Below are positions 6,680 through 15,636 of a DNA stretch of 32,000 bases, piece after piece. The translations under genes were made by a program, and so were the position numbers. The stretch spans positions 420,001 to 452,000 of the forward strand of contig CAWJMG010000003.1 in the NCBI GenBank assembly GCA_963843975.1. The letters are read 5' to 3'. The notes under the pieces were generated by a model. The model was not told where the DNA came from. It saw only the letters and a program-made list of their open reading frames with translations, and ran no database searches. Origin of the DNA: an uncultured Actinomycetes bacterium (GTDB lineage: Bacteria > Actinomycetota > Actinomycetes > S36-B12 > CAIYMF01). Numbering within the stretch: the stretch's first letter is position 1; every line of letters begins with the position of its first letter.

Positions 6680-8152
6680 GTGAGACGACACGGGGGTGCG
6701 CAGCCGGGTCAGCGCGCCCCGGCGCTGCTCGCGCTCCTCGGCCTCCTGACCGTCGTCGTGGCCGCCGGCCTCACGCTGTTCGCCGGGCGTCTCATCAGCA
6801 CCGAGCACGACCGCACCGTGGCAGAGAACCACGTGCTCTCCGACGTCCGCTACTACGACGACGTGCTGACCACCTCGGCGCTGCTCGCGGCCGAGACGGG
6901 CGACTCGCGATGGTCGGTGCAGTACAACACCGCCTCCGACGCCCTGGACTCCAGCCTCGCTGAGGCGAAGGGCTGGGTCGGAGAGGACGTGATGGCCGAC
7001 CTGGCGCGCATCGTGGACATTAACGACCGGCTGGTCCTCATCGAGCGCGAGGCCCTGCAGCTCACGGCCGACGGGGACCGGGAGAAGGCACGGGCGCTCA
7101 TGGCGGGCGTGGAGTACGCGGCACTCAAGTCGGAGTACGCGACCGCCCTGCGCGAGGCGCAGGAGCGAAGCGAGGCAGCGCTCACCGCCAGCGCGGCGCG
7201 CTGGCAGCTGATCTCCGCGCTGTTCATCGGGCTCGTCCTGGGCGGGGCGGTGCTCGTGGTCGTCCTCGCCCGCACCACGTCGCGCCGCGTATCGCGGGCC
7301 GAGCGGTCGCTGCGGGAGGCGATGGACGCCGCGGTCATCGGCCAGGCGCTCAGCGGCCCCGACGGCGCCTTCCTGTACGTCAACCCGGCCCTGTGCCGGA
7401 TGGTGGACGTCGAGCCGCAGGACCTCATCGGCCTGCGCTGCTCGGACATCGTCCCGGACCTCGACGAGGTGATCCAGCGCGCCCACGACTCCGCGGACCA
7501 CGGGACCCCGGTCGAGCACGAGCACCACGTCGGCGTGGACGGCTCGGGGCTCTGGGTGCGCCACGTCATCAGCGCCTCCCGAGGGGCGGATGGCGAGCGG
7601 CGCTTCGTGCACCAGTTCGTCGACGAGACCGAGCAGCACCGGCTGCAGGAAGAGCTCGCCTTCCGCGCCGGGCATGACGCCTTGACCGGCCTGGCCAACC
7701 GTGCGCAGCTGATCTCGGCCCTCGAGCGCCGCCTGGCGCAGCCCTCGTTCGACCTCGTCGGTGTGCTGTTCGTCGACGTCGACCGGCTCAAGCCGGTCAA
7801 CGACGACCACGGGCACGCCGCGGGGGACGCCCTGCTCTGCGCGGTCGCGGGCCGCCTGCTGCACTCGGTCCGCGGCAACGACCTCGTCGCGCGCGTCGGC
7901 GGCGACGAGTTCGTGGTGCTGCTCGACGGCGTCACGGGCCCCGACGAGGCGGCGGCGGTGGCCGCGCATGTCGAGGAGGGCGTCCGCGGGCCGGCATCGG
8001 TCGCAGGGCGGACCGTCGAGGTCAGCGTCAGCGTCGGGTGCGCCGTCGCCGCGGCGGGCGAGAGCGCGGACTCCGTGCTGAGCCGCGCCGACGAGCGGAT
8101 GTACGCCGCCAAGCGTGGCCGCGCGGACGACGCCGCGCGGCCGGGCCCGTGA
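6680..8152 (+). CDS. membrane sensor diguanylate cyclase (2 TM + helical extracytoplasmic region + PAS + GGDEF)
   Basis: The upstream part of track ORF 6083..8152 is Arg/Pro junk. GTG 6680 gives MRRHGG...LLALLGLLTVVVAAGL (charged N-terminus then TM), but this start is uncertain. A second TM is ISALFIGLVLGGAVLVVVLA. The PAS-like segment is AVIGQALSGPDGAFLYVNPALCRMV. The GGDEF domain has intact GGDEF (ARVGGDEFVVLL), and RGND sits 5 residues upstream (RxxD I-site). Confidence 0.85.
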   Translation: MRRHGGAQPGQRAPALLALLGLLTVVVAAGLTLFAGRLISTEHDRTVAENHVLSDVRYYDDVLTTSALLAAETGDSRWSVQYNTASDALDSSLAEAKGWVGEDVMADLARIVDINDRLVLIEREALQLTADGDREKARALMAGVEYAALKSEYATALREAQERSEAALTASAARWQLISALFIGLVLGGAVLVVVLARTTSRRVSRAERSLREAMDAAVIGQALSGPDGAFLYVNPALCRMVDVEPQDLIGLRCSDIVPDLDEVIQRAHDSADHGTPVEHEHHVGVDGSGLWVRHVISASRGADGERRFVHQFVDETEQHRLQEELAFRAGHDALTGLANRAQLISALERRLAQPSFDLVGVLFVDVDRLKPVNDDHGHAAGDALLCAVAGRLLHSVRGNDLVARVGGDEFVVLLDGVTGPDEAAAVAAHVEEGVRGPASVAGRTVEVSVSVGCAVAAAGESADSVLSRADERMYAAKRGRADDAARPGP

Positions 8153-8176
8153 GGCGCAGCCCGGTGCTGGAAGTGA

Positions 8177-9208
8177 TCAGCTGAGCATGTCGCGGACCAG
8201 CGGCATGACCTTGGTGCCGTAGAGCTCGATGCTGCGCATCAGGTGGTGGTGCGGCAGCGATCCGCTGGAGTACTTCATGTCGAACCGGCTGAGCCCGAGC
8301 AGGCGCACGGTGGCGGCGATCTTGGTGGCCACCGTCTCCGGCGACCCGACGTACAGCGCGCCCTGCGGGCCCGCCTGCATCTCGAACTGGACGCGGTTGG
8401 TCGGGCCCCAGCCGCGCTCGGCACCGATCCGGTCGTGCATGGCCTTGTAGTGCGGCCAGACCTGCTCGCGGGCCTCCTCGTCGGAGTCAGCGACGTGCCC
8501 CGGCGAGTGCACGGCGATGGGCAGCTCGGGCTGGCCCAGCTCGTCGAGGGCGCGTCGGTAGAGGTCGGCGAACGGCACGAACCGCTCCGCCGGGCCGCCG
8601 ATGATGGCCAGCACGAGCGGGAGGTTGTAGCGCGCGGCGCGCACGACCGACTCCGGGCTCCCGCCGACGCCGATCCAGGCCCGCAGGCCGTCCTCGGTGG
8701 TGGGGTAGACGCTCTGGTTCGTCAGCGGGGGGCGGGTGCTGCCGGACCACGTGACGGGCTGCTCGGTGAGGAGCTGCGCGAAGAGGTCGAGCTTGTCGCT
8801 GAAGAGCTCCTCGTACCGCCCGAGGTCGAAGCCGAACAGAGGGAACGACTCGATGAACGAGCCGCGGCCGAGGATGACCTCGGCGCGGCCGTTCGAGATG
8901 GCGTCGAGGGTGGCGAAGCGCTGGAAGACCCGGATCGGGTCGTCGCTCGACAGCACGGTGACGGCCGATCCGAGCCGGATCCGCTGGGTGCGGGCGGCGA
9001 TCGCGGTGAGGACGACGTCGGGCGCGCTGACCGCGAAGTCGGGGCGGTGGTGCTCGCCGACGCCGATGAAGTCGATCCCGACCTCGTCGGCCAGGACGCC
9101 CTCCTCGACCACGTCGCGGATCACCTGCGGCAGCGGCACGAACGTGCCGTCCTCGCGCAGGGTGGTGTCGCCGAAGGTGTCGATGCCGAGCTCGACCACG
9201 TCGCTCAT
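8177..9208 (-). CDS. LLM-class (luciferase-like) flavin/F420-dependent oxidoreductase
   Basis: The ORF track gives 8177..9247. I prefer ATG 9208 with AGGA 6 nt upstream. ELGIDTFGD...GIDFIGVGEHHRPDFAVSAP...RIRLGSAVTVLSSDDP...LDAISNGRAEVILGRG is a typical LLM TIM-barrel signature. Confidence 0.85.
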   Translation of the reverse strand: MSDVVELGIDTFGDTTLREDGTFVPLPQVIRDVVEEGVLADEVGIDFIGVGEHHRPDFAVSAPDVVLTAIAARTQRIRLGSAVTVLSSDDPIRVFQRFATLDAISNGRAEVILGRGSFIESFPLFGFDLGRYEELFSDKLDLFAQLLTEQPVTWSGSTRPPLTNQSVYPTTEDGLRAWIGVGGSPESVVRAARYNLPLVLAIIGGPAERFVPFADLYRRALDELGQPELPIAVHSPGHVADSDEEAREQVWPHYKAMHDRIGAERGWGPTNRVQFEMQAGPQGALYVGSPETVATKIAATVRLLGLSRFDMKYSSGSLPHHHLMRSIELYGTKVMPLVRDMLS

Positions 9209-9289
9209 CGTCGTCCTGTCCGATCGGGCGCCCGGCTCGTCCCGCACGCTCTCGGCAGCAACGTACGGCGACCGCGTTTCATGCCCGGG

Positions 9290-9919
9290 TCAGACCCCCA
9301 GCAGGATGCGCAGCTGGGCGATGGACGCCGCCGGGTCGGTGGTGTCGAAGCGGAACGCCTGCAGGCCGGCCGCGCGTGCCCCCTCGACGTTGGCGGTGAG
9401 GTCGTCGACGAACAGGACGCGGTCGGGGGCTGCGCCGAGCAGCTCGACGGCGGCGGTGTACGACCCCGGGTCGGGCTTGCGGACGCCGATGTCGAGCGAG
9501 TCCACGATCCGCTCGAAGTAGCCGGCGTACTCCCAGGAGTCCTTCCAGCCCTCGCCCAGGAACTTGGTGGCGTCGTTGGTGAGGACCGCCTGTCGGTAGC
9601 GCTTGGGGATGTCGGCCAGCAGGCCGAGCACGACCGGTCGGCCGCGGCCGTCCCAGCCGAGCTCGCGCAGCGCGTCGTAAAGGTGCAGGCCCGGGACGGT
9701 CCCGCGGGCGAGCGACTCGATGTCGCGCCAGTACTCGGGCTCGTCGCGCTCGCCGGAGTCGACCTTGTCGTACTCGGCGTCCCCCTCGGGCACGAACGGG
9801 CCGCGCGGCAGGGTGCCCTGCGGCATGCCGGTGCGGGCCTCGAGCTCGCCGAACCGCTCGAACGGGCTCTGGTAGAGCACCTGGCCGATGTCCCACAGCA
9901 CGACGTCGATGCCGGTCAT
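9290..9919 (-). CDS. HAD-superfamily hydrolase (subfamily IA-like, DxG variant of motif I), paralog of 23953-24597
   Basis: ATG 9919 (GAAGGA upstream) overlaps the stop of the Rieske ferredoxin gene (ATGA). Motif I is VVLWDIGQVL, motif II is AVLTND, and motifs III/IV are VRKPDP...VLFVDDLTANVEGA. Confidence 0.8.
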   Translation of the reverse strand: MTGIDVVLWDIGQVLYQSPFERFGELEARTGMPQGTLPRGPFVPEGDAEYDKVDSGERDEPEYWRDIESLARGTVPGLHLYDALRELGWDGRGRPVVLGLLADIPKRYRQAVLTNDATKFLGEGWKDSWEYAGYFERIVDSLDIGVRKPDPGSYTAAVELLGAAPDRVLFVDDLTANVEGARAAGLQAFRFDTTDPAASIAQLRILLGV

Positions 9920-10284
9920 GGTCGTCCTTCCCGGGCGTGGGCGAGGAGCACCTCGCGGAGGCTGGGTGCGCGCACCGCGTCGGGCACGTCGACCTCGACG
10001 ACGCCGCCGACGATCCGCGCGGGGTAGGTGGGGAGGGGCTCGCCCTCGGTGTCGTGCCGGGCGCCGGTGCGCAGGTCGTACTGGAACAGGTGCGACGGGC
10101 AGGTGACCACGCCGTCGCGGATGACGCCGGTGACCAGGGACGCCTGGCGGTGGCGGCATGCGTCCTGCACGGCGTACGGCGAGCCGTCGACCAGCGCCAC
10201 GAGCACCGGGCAGGCCGCGGCCTCCACCCGGACTCGGCCGAGCCGCTGGAGTTCGGAGAGGTCGACTGCGACCGTCTGCGTCAT
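9916..10284 (-). CDS. Rieske [2Fe-2S] ferredoxin (oxygenase electron-transfer component)
   Basis: ATG 10284 overlaps the tautomerase stop (ATGA). About 122 aa. CRH-x16-CPSH is the Rieske cluster-binding motif. There is no catalytic domain. Confidence 0.85.
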   Translation of the reverse strand: MTQTVAVDLSELQRLGRVRVEAAACPVLVALVDGSPYAVQDACRHRQASLVTGVIRDGVVTCPSHLFQYDLRTGARHDTEGEPLPTYPARIVGGVVEVDVPDAVRAPSLREVLLAHAREGRP

Positions 10285-10499
10285 GAGGGCGCGGGGGCGT
10301 TCGGGTCGGTGCCGCGCGCGGTGGAGAAGGGCTCGCCGCCGATGCCCCACTCGTCGGGGGAGATCTCGTAGATCGCGACGCGGATGCGGTCCTTGGGGGT
10401 GCCGACGGCCTCGTGCATCGCCTCGGTGAGCCCGCGGATGAGGGCGTGCTTCTGCTCGACGGTGCGCCCCGCGACCATCGTGACCTGGATCAACGGCAT
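10281..10499 (-). CDS. 4-oxalocrotonate tautomerase family enzyme (2-hydroxymuconate tautomerase)
   Basis: 72 aa beginning MPLIQV (catalytic Pro-1 after Met removal). ...GRTVEQKHALIRGLTEAM... is typical of 4-OT. GAGGAG SD. It sits in the position equivalent to xylH/dmpI. Confidence 0.85.
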   Translation of the reverse strand: MPLIQVTMVAGRTVEQKHALIRGLTEAMHEAVGTPKDRIRVAIYEISPDEWGIGGEPFSTARGTDPNAPAPS

Positions 10500-10509
10500 G
10501 AGCGGCTCC

Positions 10510-11286
10510 TCACCGGAAGGCGATCTCGACCGAGCCGAGCCGGTCGAAGGATGCGACGACGCTGTCGCCGGGGGCGACGGGGATCGCCTCGGTCATGCCA
10601 CCGGCCATGACGATCTGCCCGGCCTCCAGGCCGAGGCCGCGCGCGGCCAGCGCGCGCACCAGCCACGCCACGGCTGCCGCCGGGTGGCCCATCACGGACG
10701 CTCCGGCGGCCGTCGAGACGAGCTCGCCGTTCTTCTGCAGCACGCAGCCGGTGAGGCGCAGGTCGATGCCGTAGGGGTCCAGCGGGGTGCCGCCGAGCAC
10801 GAACCCAGCCGAGGACGCATTGTCGGCCACCACGTCGTTGAAGGTGAACGCGTAGCCGGCGTAGCGGGAGTCGAGGATGTCGACCGCGCCGAACACCGCC
10901 TCCGTGGCGGCCAGCACGTGGGTGGCGCTGACGTGCGACCCCTCGAGGTCGCGCCCGAGCAGGAACGCGATCTCTGGCTCGACCCGCGGCTGGATGTAGT
11001 CGGCGCACCGCACGGTCTGCCCGGCGTCGACCTGCATGTCGGTGGTCAGCCAGCCGTACAGCGGCCGGTCCACCTTCATCTGCGTCATCTTCGCCTTGCT
11101 CGTGAGGCCGAGCTTGGCGCCCATGAGCGGGTTGCCCGCCTCGATGCGCGCTCGCACGACCGCGTCCTGCACCTGCAGCGCGGTCGCCTCGTCGAGCTCG
11201 CGGGTGTCGGTGAAGGGCGTGGTCGCCGTACGCGTCCGCACGGCCTCGAGCAGCGTGCCGACGAAGGACTCGATCTCGTCGCTCAT
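10510..11286 (-). CDS. 2-oxopent-4-enoate hydratase / 4-oxalocrotonate decarboxylase family protein; by gene order the decarboxylase (XylI/DmpH position)
   Basis: 258 aa. GAKLGLTS, QPRVEPEIAFLLG (acidic metal-ligand pair), [10 protein letters not shown]. The start ATG overlaps the aldolase stop (ATGA). The order hydratase-ADH-aldolase-this gene-4-OT mirrors xylJQKIH and dmpEFGHI. The decarboxylase versus hydratase call comes from synteny only. Confidence 0.7.
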   Translation of the reverse strand: MSDEIESFVGTLLEAVRTRTATTPFTDTRELDEATALQVQDAVVRARIEAGNPLMGAKLGLTSKAKMTQMKVDRPLYGWLTTDMQVDAGQTVRCADYIQPRVEPEIAFLLGRDLEGSHVSATHVLAATEAVFGAVDILDSRYAGYAFTFNDVVADNASSAGFVLGGTPLDPYGIDLRLTGCVLQKNGELVSTAAGASVMGHPAAAVAWLVRALAARGLGLEAGQIVMAGGMTEAIPVAPGDSVVASFDRLGSVEIAFR

Positions 11287-12353
11287 GCGGTCTTCCCCTC
11301 GGCCTCGGCGTGCTTGCGGGCTAGCTCGACCGCGACGTCGATGATCATGTCCTCCTGGCCACCGACCACCTTGCGCTTGCCGAGCTCGAGCAGGATCTCG
11401 GCCTGCGGGACTCCGTACCGCTCGGCGGCCCGCTCGGCGTGCAGCAGGAACGAGCCGTAGACGCCTGCGTAGCCGAGCAGCAGGCCCGCACGGTCGACCA
11501 CCTGCTGGCGCGGCATGAGCGGCCGGGTGACCTCCTCGGCGAGGTCCATGAGCATGAGCGGGTTGACGCCGCTGATGATGCCGTTCTTCTCGCAGACCGC
11601 GGCGAGGATCTCGGTGGGGCAGTTGCCCGCCCCGGCGCCGAGGCCGGCGCTGGTGCCGTCGAGGTTGCGCGCGCCCTCCTCGTACGCCGCGATGGAGTTC
11701 GCGACGGCGAGGGACAGGTTCTGGTGCGCGTGGACGCCGAGGGGGACGTCGATGCCGCCCACGATCTCGGCCACGCGGGCGCGGACCTCGTTGGTGGTCA
11801 TCGCACCGGCGGAGTCGGCGATGTAGACCGTGTCGGCGCCATAGCCCTCGAGCAGCTTCGCCTGCTGCAGGAGGCCCTGCGGCGTGTTCATGTGGCTCAT
11901 CATCAGGAAGCCGATGGCCTCCATGCCGAGCTCCTTGGCGATCTTGATGTGCTGCTGGGTGATGTCGGCCTCGGTGCAGTGCACGGCGATGCGCACGACG
12001 TTGACGCCGAGGTCGCGCACGCGGCGCAGCTCGTCGACGGTGCCGATGCCGGGGACGAGCAGCACGGCGATGTCGGCGTCGGTCGTGGCGTTCACGGCCG
12101 CCTCGACGAGCTTCATCTCGTCGACCTTGCTGAAACCGTAGTTGAACGACGAGCCGCCGAGGCCGTCGCCGTGCGTCACCTCGATGACCTGGACGCCGGC
12201 GGCGTCGAGGCCCTTCACGACGGCGACCACCTGGTCCTCGGTGTACTGGTGCGAGATCGCGTGCGAGCCGTCGCGCAGCGTCGAGTCGATGAGGCGGAAG
12301 TCCCGCTTCACCTCGGCCCCGGTCGTGGCTGCGGTGTCGATGGTGGCGGTCAT
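11283..12353 (-). CDS. dmpG: 4-hydroxy-2-oxovalerate aldolase
   Basis: The upstream part of track ORF 11283..12884 is junk. ATG 12353 overlaps the dehydrogenase stop (ATGA). [40 protein letters not shown] and [12 protein letters not shown] are hallmark DmpG/BphI/MhpE motifs. Confidence 0.93.
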   Translation of the reverse strand: MTATIDTAATTGAEVKRDFRLIDSTLRDGSHAISHQYTEDQVVAVVKGLDAAGVQVIEVTHGDGLGGSSFNYGFSKVDEMKLVEAAVNATTDADIAVLLVPGIGTVDELRRVRDLGVNVVRIAVHCTEADITQQHIKIAKELGMEAIGFLMMSHMNTPQGLLQQAKLLEGYGADTVYIADSAGAMTTNEVRARVAEIVGGIDVPLGVHAHQNLSLAVANSIAAYEEGARNLDGTSAGLGAGAGNCPTEILAAVCEKNGIISGVNPLMLMDLAEEVTRPLMPRQQVVDRAGLLLGYAGVYGSFLLHAERAAERYGVPQAEILLELGKRKVVGGQEDMIIDVAVELARKHAEAEGKTA

Positions 12354-13255
12354 GCCGAGACCTCCTGGTGCGCGGCGATGGCCTCGCCGACCCGGACCGC
12401 CGCGGCGGTCATGATGTCGAGGTTGCCGGCGTACGTCGGCAGGTAGTCGCCGGCGCCCTCCACCTCGAGCAGGACGACGGAGCGGAACGGCACGATGCCG
12501 CCCGGGGTGTTGAAGGGGCCTTCCTCGATGAGAGGAGGGGACTTGAGGCGGTAGCCCGGCACGTACTTCGCGACGTCGGCCACCATCTGCTCGATCGAGG
12601 CGACGACGGCGTCGTGGTCGGTGCCCTCGGGGAGAGCGCAGAACACCGTGTTGCGCATGAGGATCGGCGGCTCCGCCGGGTTGAGCACGATGATGGCCTT
12701 GCCGATCTCGGCGCCTCCGACCTCGACGAGCGCCTGGCGCGTGGTGCGCGTGAACTCGTCGATGTTGGCCCTCGTGCCGGGGCCGGCCGACTTCGACGAC
12801 ACTGCCGAGACCATCTCGGCGTACGGGACGCGCGTGACGCGGCTGACGGCGGCGACCATCGGGGTCGTGGCCTGGCCGCCGCACGTCACCATGTTGACGT
12901 TGATCGCGTCGAGGTGCTCCTCGAGGTTGACCGCTGCGATCACCTTCGGGCCGCGGGCCGCCGGCGTGAGGTCGACCGCGCGGATGCCGAGCTCCTCGAG
13001 CACCTTGGCGTGCCGCACGTGCGCGTAGGCGCTGGTGGCGTCGAACACCATCTTCACGGCGTCCGGGTTCTCGCGGACCCAGTCGATGCCGTTGCTCGGC
13101 GCCTCGTACCCGTGGTCGCGGGCCCGGGCGAGGCCGTCGCTCTCGGGGTCGATGCCGATGAGGGCGACGAGGTCGAGCGCCGTCGAGCGCTCGAGCTTGT
13201 ACATGAGGTCGGTGCCGATGTTGCCGGAGCCGATGATGGCGACGGGGAGTCCCAC
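12350..13255 (-). CDS. acetaldehyde dehydrogenase (acetylating), DmpF/BphJ/MhpF type
   Basis: GTG 13255 follows [23 protein letters not shown] (Rossmann fold), [14 protein letters not shown] (catalytic Cys), NLDIMTAAA. Paired with the aldolase, as in all meta-cleavage lower pathways. Confidence 0.93.
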   Translation of the reverse strand: MGLPVAIIGSGNIGTDLMYKLERSTALDLVALIGIDPESDGLARARDHGYEAPSNGIDWVRENPDAVKMVFDATSAYAHVRHAKVLEELGIRAVDLTPAARGPKVIAAVNLEEHLDAINVNMVTCGGQATTPMVAAVSRVTRVPYAEMVSAVSSKSAGPGTRANIDEFTRTTRQALVEVGGAEIGKAIIVLNPAEPPILMRNTVFCALPEGTDHDAVVASIEQMVADVAKYVPGYRLKSPPLIEEGPFNTPGGIVPFRSVVLLEVEGAGDYLPTYAGNLDIMTAAAVRVGEAIAAHQEVSA

Positions 13256-13265
13256 GGTGTTCCCT

Positions 13266-14054
13266 TCAGACGATCCGGACGGAGACCGAGCCGAGCCGGT
13301 CGAACTCGGCCCGGTAGGTCTCACCAGCGGCGACCGGGACGGCTGCGTGCAGCGCCCCGGTCATGACGATCGAGCCCGCGGACAGCGATGCGCCGAGCGG
13401 GTGGAGAGTGCGGACGAGCCAGGCCACGGCGGCGGCGGGGTTGCCGAGGGCCGCGGCGCCGGCTCCGGTGGCGATGACCTCGCCGTCGCGGGTGAACACC
13501 ATCCCGAGGGTGCGCAGGTCGACGTCGGCGACGGGCGTGCTGGCGCCCCCGATGAGGATCGCGCCGCTGCTGGCCATGTCCGCGACGGTGTCGGGGAGCT
13601 TGATCCTCCAGTCGGCCACGCGGCTGTCGACGAGCTCGATCGAGGCGACGACGCCCTCGACGGCGCGCAGAACGTCCAGGGGGGTGCAGTGCGGGCCGGA
13701 CAGGTCGGCGCCGAGCACGAGCGCGATCTCTGCCTCGAGCTTCGGGGCGATGAAGTCGGTGAGCGCCACGGACGCACCGTCGTCGAGCACGTGCGAGGCC
13801 ATCACCGGCGCGAAGTCGGGGGAGTCGACGCCGAGCATCTGCTGCATCGGCTTGCTGGTCAGGCCGAGCTTGTAGCCGACGATGCGGTCGCCGTCCTCGA
13901 GGTAGCGGCGTACGACGCCCTGCTGGACGAGGTAGCCGTCCTCGAGGGTGAGGCCCGGGTCGGCCTCGGTGAGGGGCGGCACGGGCACCCGCGTGCGGCG
14001 CGCGTCGTACAGCGCGGCCGCGAGCTCGTCGGCGCGCTCGGGCGAGAGGGTCAT
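13266..14054 (-). CDS. 2-oxopent-4-enoate (2-keto-4-pentenoate) hydratase (XylJ/DmpE/MhpD position)
   Basis: 262 aa. [31 protein letters not shown]. The start ATG overlaps the IclR stop (ATGA). It is the first enzyme gene in xylJQKIH-like order. Confidence 0.8.
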   Translation of the reverse strand: MTLSPERADELAAALYDARRTRVPVPPLTEADPGLTLEDGYLVQQGVVRRYLEDGDRIVGYKLGLTSKPMQQMLGVDSPDFAPVMASHVLDDGASVALTDFIAPKLEAEIALVLGADLSGPHCTPLDVLRAVEGVVASIELVDSRVADWRIKLPDTVADMASSGAILIGGASTPVADVDLRTLGMVFTRDGEVIATGAGAAALGNPAAAVAWLVRTLHPLGASLSAGSIVMTGALHAAVPVAAGETYRAEFDRLGSVSVRIV

Positions 14055-14869
14055 CGCGTTCCTTCCTTGCGGGCGGGAGACTCGGCGAATCCCATGCGTC
14101 GGCTGATGGCTGCGGCCGCCTCGGTCACCGGGCGCACGTATCGGCGCAGCGTGGCGCCCTCCATGCGGGTCAGCGGGCCGGCGATGGAGAGGGCTGCGAC
14201 CACGACGCCGCGTCCGTCACGGATCGGCGCGGCGATCGACGCGACGCCGACCTCGGACTCGTTGACGTTCTCGGCCCATCCCTGCGCGAGCACGATCTGC
14301 AGCTGCGCGCGCAGCGTGGCCTGGTCGGAGATCGTGTACTGCGTCTTGCGCGGGAGCCGCCAGCCCGACAGCAGGGCGTCCAGCTCGGTCGCGGGCAGGT
14401 GGGCCAGCAGCACCTTGCCGGTGGACGTCGAGTGCGCGTCGTTGCGGTGGCCGACGCGACCGAAGAGGCGGATGGTCTGCGGGCTCTCGCGCCGCTCGAC
14501 GTAGACGACGTGGCGTCCGTCGAGGACCGCGATCTGCACGGTCTCCTTGGTGATGTTGCGCAGCTGCTCGATCACCGGGTTCGCCGCCGAGTGCAGGTCG
14601 ATCGCCGACTGCACGCTGGCACCGAGCTCGTGCATCGCGAGGGCGAGCCGGTAGGTGCCGGTGTCGGTGTCCTGCTCGAGCAGCCTCTCGACCGTCAGGG
14701 TGTGCAGGAGCCGGTGGGTGGTGCTCTTGCCCAGGCCGAGACGTCGCGCGAGCTCGCTGACGCCGATCTCGCGGTCGCCCTTGCCGAACTCCTTGAGCAG
14801 GCGGGCGGCGTTGCTCACGCTGGCGAGGACCTGGGTGTCGCCGACGGGACGGAGATCGCGATCGGCCAC
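14051..14869 (-). CDS. IclR-family transcriptional regulator
   Basis: Only the C-terminal 272 codons of track ORF 14051..15448 look coding. GTG 14869 lies 1 nt after the stop of the upstream gene. The winged HTH is IGVSELARRLGLGKSTTHRLLHTL. The effector domain is GRVGHRNDAHSTSTGKVLLA...GWAENVNESEVGVASIAAPI. Confidence 0.85.
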   Translation of the reverse strand: MADRDLRPVGDTQVLASVSNAARLLKEFGKGDREIGVSELARRLGLGKSTTHRLLHTLTVERLLEQDTDTGTYRLALAMHELGASVQSAIDLHSAANPVIEQLRNITKETVQIAVLDGRHVVYVERRESPQTIRLFGRVGHRNDAHSTSTGKVLLAHLPATELDALLSGWRLPRKTQYTISDQATLRAQLQIVLAQGWAENVNESEVGVASIAAPIRDGRGVVVAALSIAGPLTRMEGATLRRYVRPVTEAAAAISRRMGFAESPARKEGTR

Positions 14870-14870
14870 G

Positions 14871-15554
14871 TCAGCGAACCTCTGCCGGAGCACGCAGTGC
14901 TGCGAGCAGGGCGCGGCGGATGTCGGCGTCCTCGGAGCCGGGGGAGGCGCACACCGCGGCGAGCGCCGCGTCCCCGGGCGCGAGCTGCTGCGCGAGAAGT
15001 CGCACGGTCTGGTGCAGGCCGACGCGCTCGGCGACGGCGTACTCCTCGGCGAGGCCCGCTCGTGAGCCGGAGTTGGCCCGGATGGCGTCGTGGTCGCGGA
15101 AGAGCGCCGCGTGCTGGTTGGCGAGGCCGGTGCCCGCGTGCTGGGCGTGGTGCGGCGTGAGGCCGCCGCCGGGGGACACCGACAGGTGGTAGACGACGTC
15201 GGCGACGCCGAGCACCTGGCGCACAGCCGCCGGCTGGGCCGCCTCGGACTCGTCGATGCCACCGAGCCCCGGCGCCACGATCGGGTCGAAGAAGCGCAGG
15301 GTCCAGGCGAGGCCGGGGAGCGAGTCGTGCAGCTCGACCTCCTGCCCCTGCGGAGCGGGGAGCGGCGACGTGGTGGCGAGCACGTGGAGGTGGCGGACAC
15401 CGACCGCGAGCACGGTGAGGCTGTCCGTGCGGGTGAGCGGGAGGGCACCCTGCTCGCCGACCGGCAGGTGCCGAGCCTGGTCGAGGTAGGCGCCGTGCAA
15501 CGCGGCCACGAACTGGGCCATGGCGTCCCGCAGCTGGCCGGGGTCTGCGCTCAT
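14871..15554 (-). CDS. hypothetical protein, first gene of the minus-strand operon (no family recognised)
   Basis: The ORF track gives 14871..15677. I prefer ATG 15554 (MSADPGQLRDAMAQF...), which lies 7 nt downstream of TACCTT. Third-position GC is consistently high over 227 codons. The stop is 1 nt before the IclR start. Confidence 0.55.
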   Translation of the reverse strand: MSADPGQLRDAMAQFVAALHGAYLDQARHLPVGEQGALPLTRTDSLTVLAVGVRHLHVLATTSPLPAPQGQEVELHDSLPGLAWTLRFFDPIVAPGLGGIDESEAAQPAAVRQVLGVADVVYHLSVSPGGGLTPHHAQHAGTGLANQHAALFRDHDAIRANSGSRAGLAEEYAVAERVGLHQTVRLLAQQLAPGDAALAAVCASPGSEDADIRRALLAALRAPAEVR

Positions 15555-15636
15555 GTCGGGGAAGGTACGCCGATCCTGTCCCGCATGGCGGCACATCGGT
15601 CCACTGTGCGGGACGCGGCGGCCTACCTTCCCGGCC
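15555..15636. promoter_or_regulatory. 82-bp divergent control region: mirror-image TACCTTCCC boxes 4 nt from each ATG, plus a concentric 8-bp inverted repeat (candidate IclR operator)
   Basis: TACCTTCCC lies at 15624-15632 (+) and as a reverse complement at 15559-15567; each is followed by 4 nt and then ATG (15637 and 15554). GTCCCGCA (15578-15585) pairs with TGCGGGAC (15607-15614). The symmetry centres are 15595.5 and 15596. Neither start has an SD. Confidence 0.45.
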
